DNA of 63,865 nucleotides, the filler included, from Reclinomonas americana ATCC 50394 (taxonomy: Eukaryota), in assembly GCA_048213135.1 (NCBI GenBank). It is 14 parts of 14 records of this genome, joined end to end, with 100 filler letters (N's around TTAATTAATTAA, not from the genome) between each part and the next. Parts side by side here need not be neighbours in the genome. Positions count along the whole stretch, not along the records: positions 62,435 to 63,865 come from AFZH01017786.1; 13 more parts are not named here. One strand, written 5' to 3'. Positions 62,885 to 63,865 of the stretch are shown piece by piece; position 1 is the stretch's first letter; the number at the start of each line of letters is the position of its first letter. Both the position numbers and the translations under genes were made by a program. The notes below the pieces were generated by a model. It was not told where the DNA came from, searched no databases, and saw nothing but the letters and a program-made list of their open reading frames with translations.

Positions 62885-63865
62885 TTCGTGTGTGCTCACA
62901 ATCACAAATCGATCAAAGAATGCTGAGCGGACAAGTGGACTTGACCTCGACGCAGACTTCGTAGGCGACTGCTTTGTCTCTGAGAAGGCGATGCAACTGG
63001 TTCAAGTAGTGGCAGAGACGCAGGCGCTTGCAATTCGAATTCTGTACTCGCTGCGGTGCGCAGCGCATCTTCGAAGATTACGGATCTGACTGCGTCCTGC
63101 ACTCGCTGGCCACAAAGGATGCAGGGCAGAGTAAAGTGGACTGGATAAACGCAGGGTCTACATCGCGTTTGCACTGCATGCGCCTGCTGGGTCGACGCTC
63201 GGTATCTCAATATTGGCTCCGGACTGCGCATGATGGTGAGAAAACGCGCAGCGCAGAGTGTCTGAAATGCAAGTGCTCCAGATCCGCAGCTGTTTGCTGC
63301 TGTGTGCTGTTGCGCTGTGCAGATCGCAGTTCTCGACTTGCCGGAACTCCAACAAACTCAGAAAGAAATACCTGCAATTGGACTTGGCAGTCATTGTCGG
63401 TGGCAGAAGTGTTCTCATTTTTTCGCGAGAAGAAACCAATTGGAACGACGACGCACGTAGGACACCCTGCGCCTGCATCAAGAAAGGTGCCAAAAGAGGT
63501 TTGGTCCTCCGGGTGACATCCTGGCGCACCGAATGAATTCGTTGCAATTGTTGCGCAAATTGCAATTGCAACGTTGTGTTTGCATGCTGCTCCAGATATA
63601 GCTGCGTTCATTGCATCTTTTTTTTGCTTGGAGGCTGCCCAGATCCTGACGCGCATTCGGGCGCAGTATGCAAACACCGGCGCCAGTATTCGAATACGGC
63701 ATGTATTTCATTATTCTGTTGAGCTGTCCCACGACCATGTATGCGCCAAGATGCACGTGGTCAGAATACATCTGCATTGCGCTGTGCAGGTGAAGATCGC
63801 AGTTCTCGACTTATTCGGAGCTCCGAGAGCGAACACACACACAAGAAACCTGCCGCTGACCTCAA

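Noticed and set aside
1..63865. tRNA, rRNA, snRNA or intact transposase/reverse transcriptase genes
   Set aside because: None recognised by eye. A covariance-model search would be needed to exclude them.

Overview
Intron-rich, GC-rich nuclear DNA of a eukaryote, probably a protist, using the standard genetic code. It is a draft assembly in 14 pieces separated by artificial N-TTAATTAATTAA-N linkers, and several genes continue in order across these linkers. I reconstructed about 20 spliced genes or gene fragments by hand. Recognisable ones are PUS3, XAP5/FAM50, a Gfo/Idh/MocA oxidoreductase, UTP25, CCT6, a DUF1295 protein, FARSA, a fucosyltransferase, a tandem-SPRY protein, mu-crystallin/ornithine cyclodeaminase, a GT77-like glycosyltransferase, an adenosine-kinase-like protein and a DET2-like reductase. 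There is also a large secreted beta-solenoid-like protein and several unknowns. The main signal is a second, very common class of 5' splice site: GTTGCGT (25 exact sites, plus variants), used almost only when the exon does not end in G. This suggests routine U1 recognition in a +1-shifted register. Also notable are an adenosine kinase homologue that has lost its catalytic motifs, co-oriented genes only 10 nt apart, and a tandem array of PKA-type RRGS sites. All gene models and family calls come from manual reading and remembered motifs; no searches were run.
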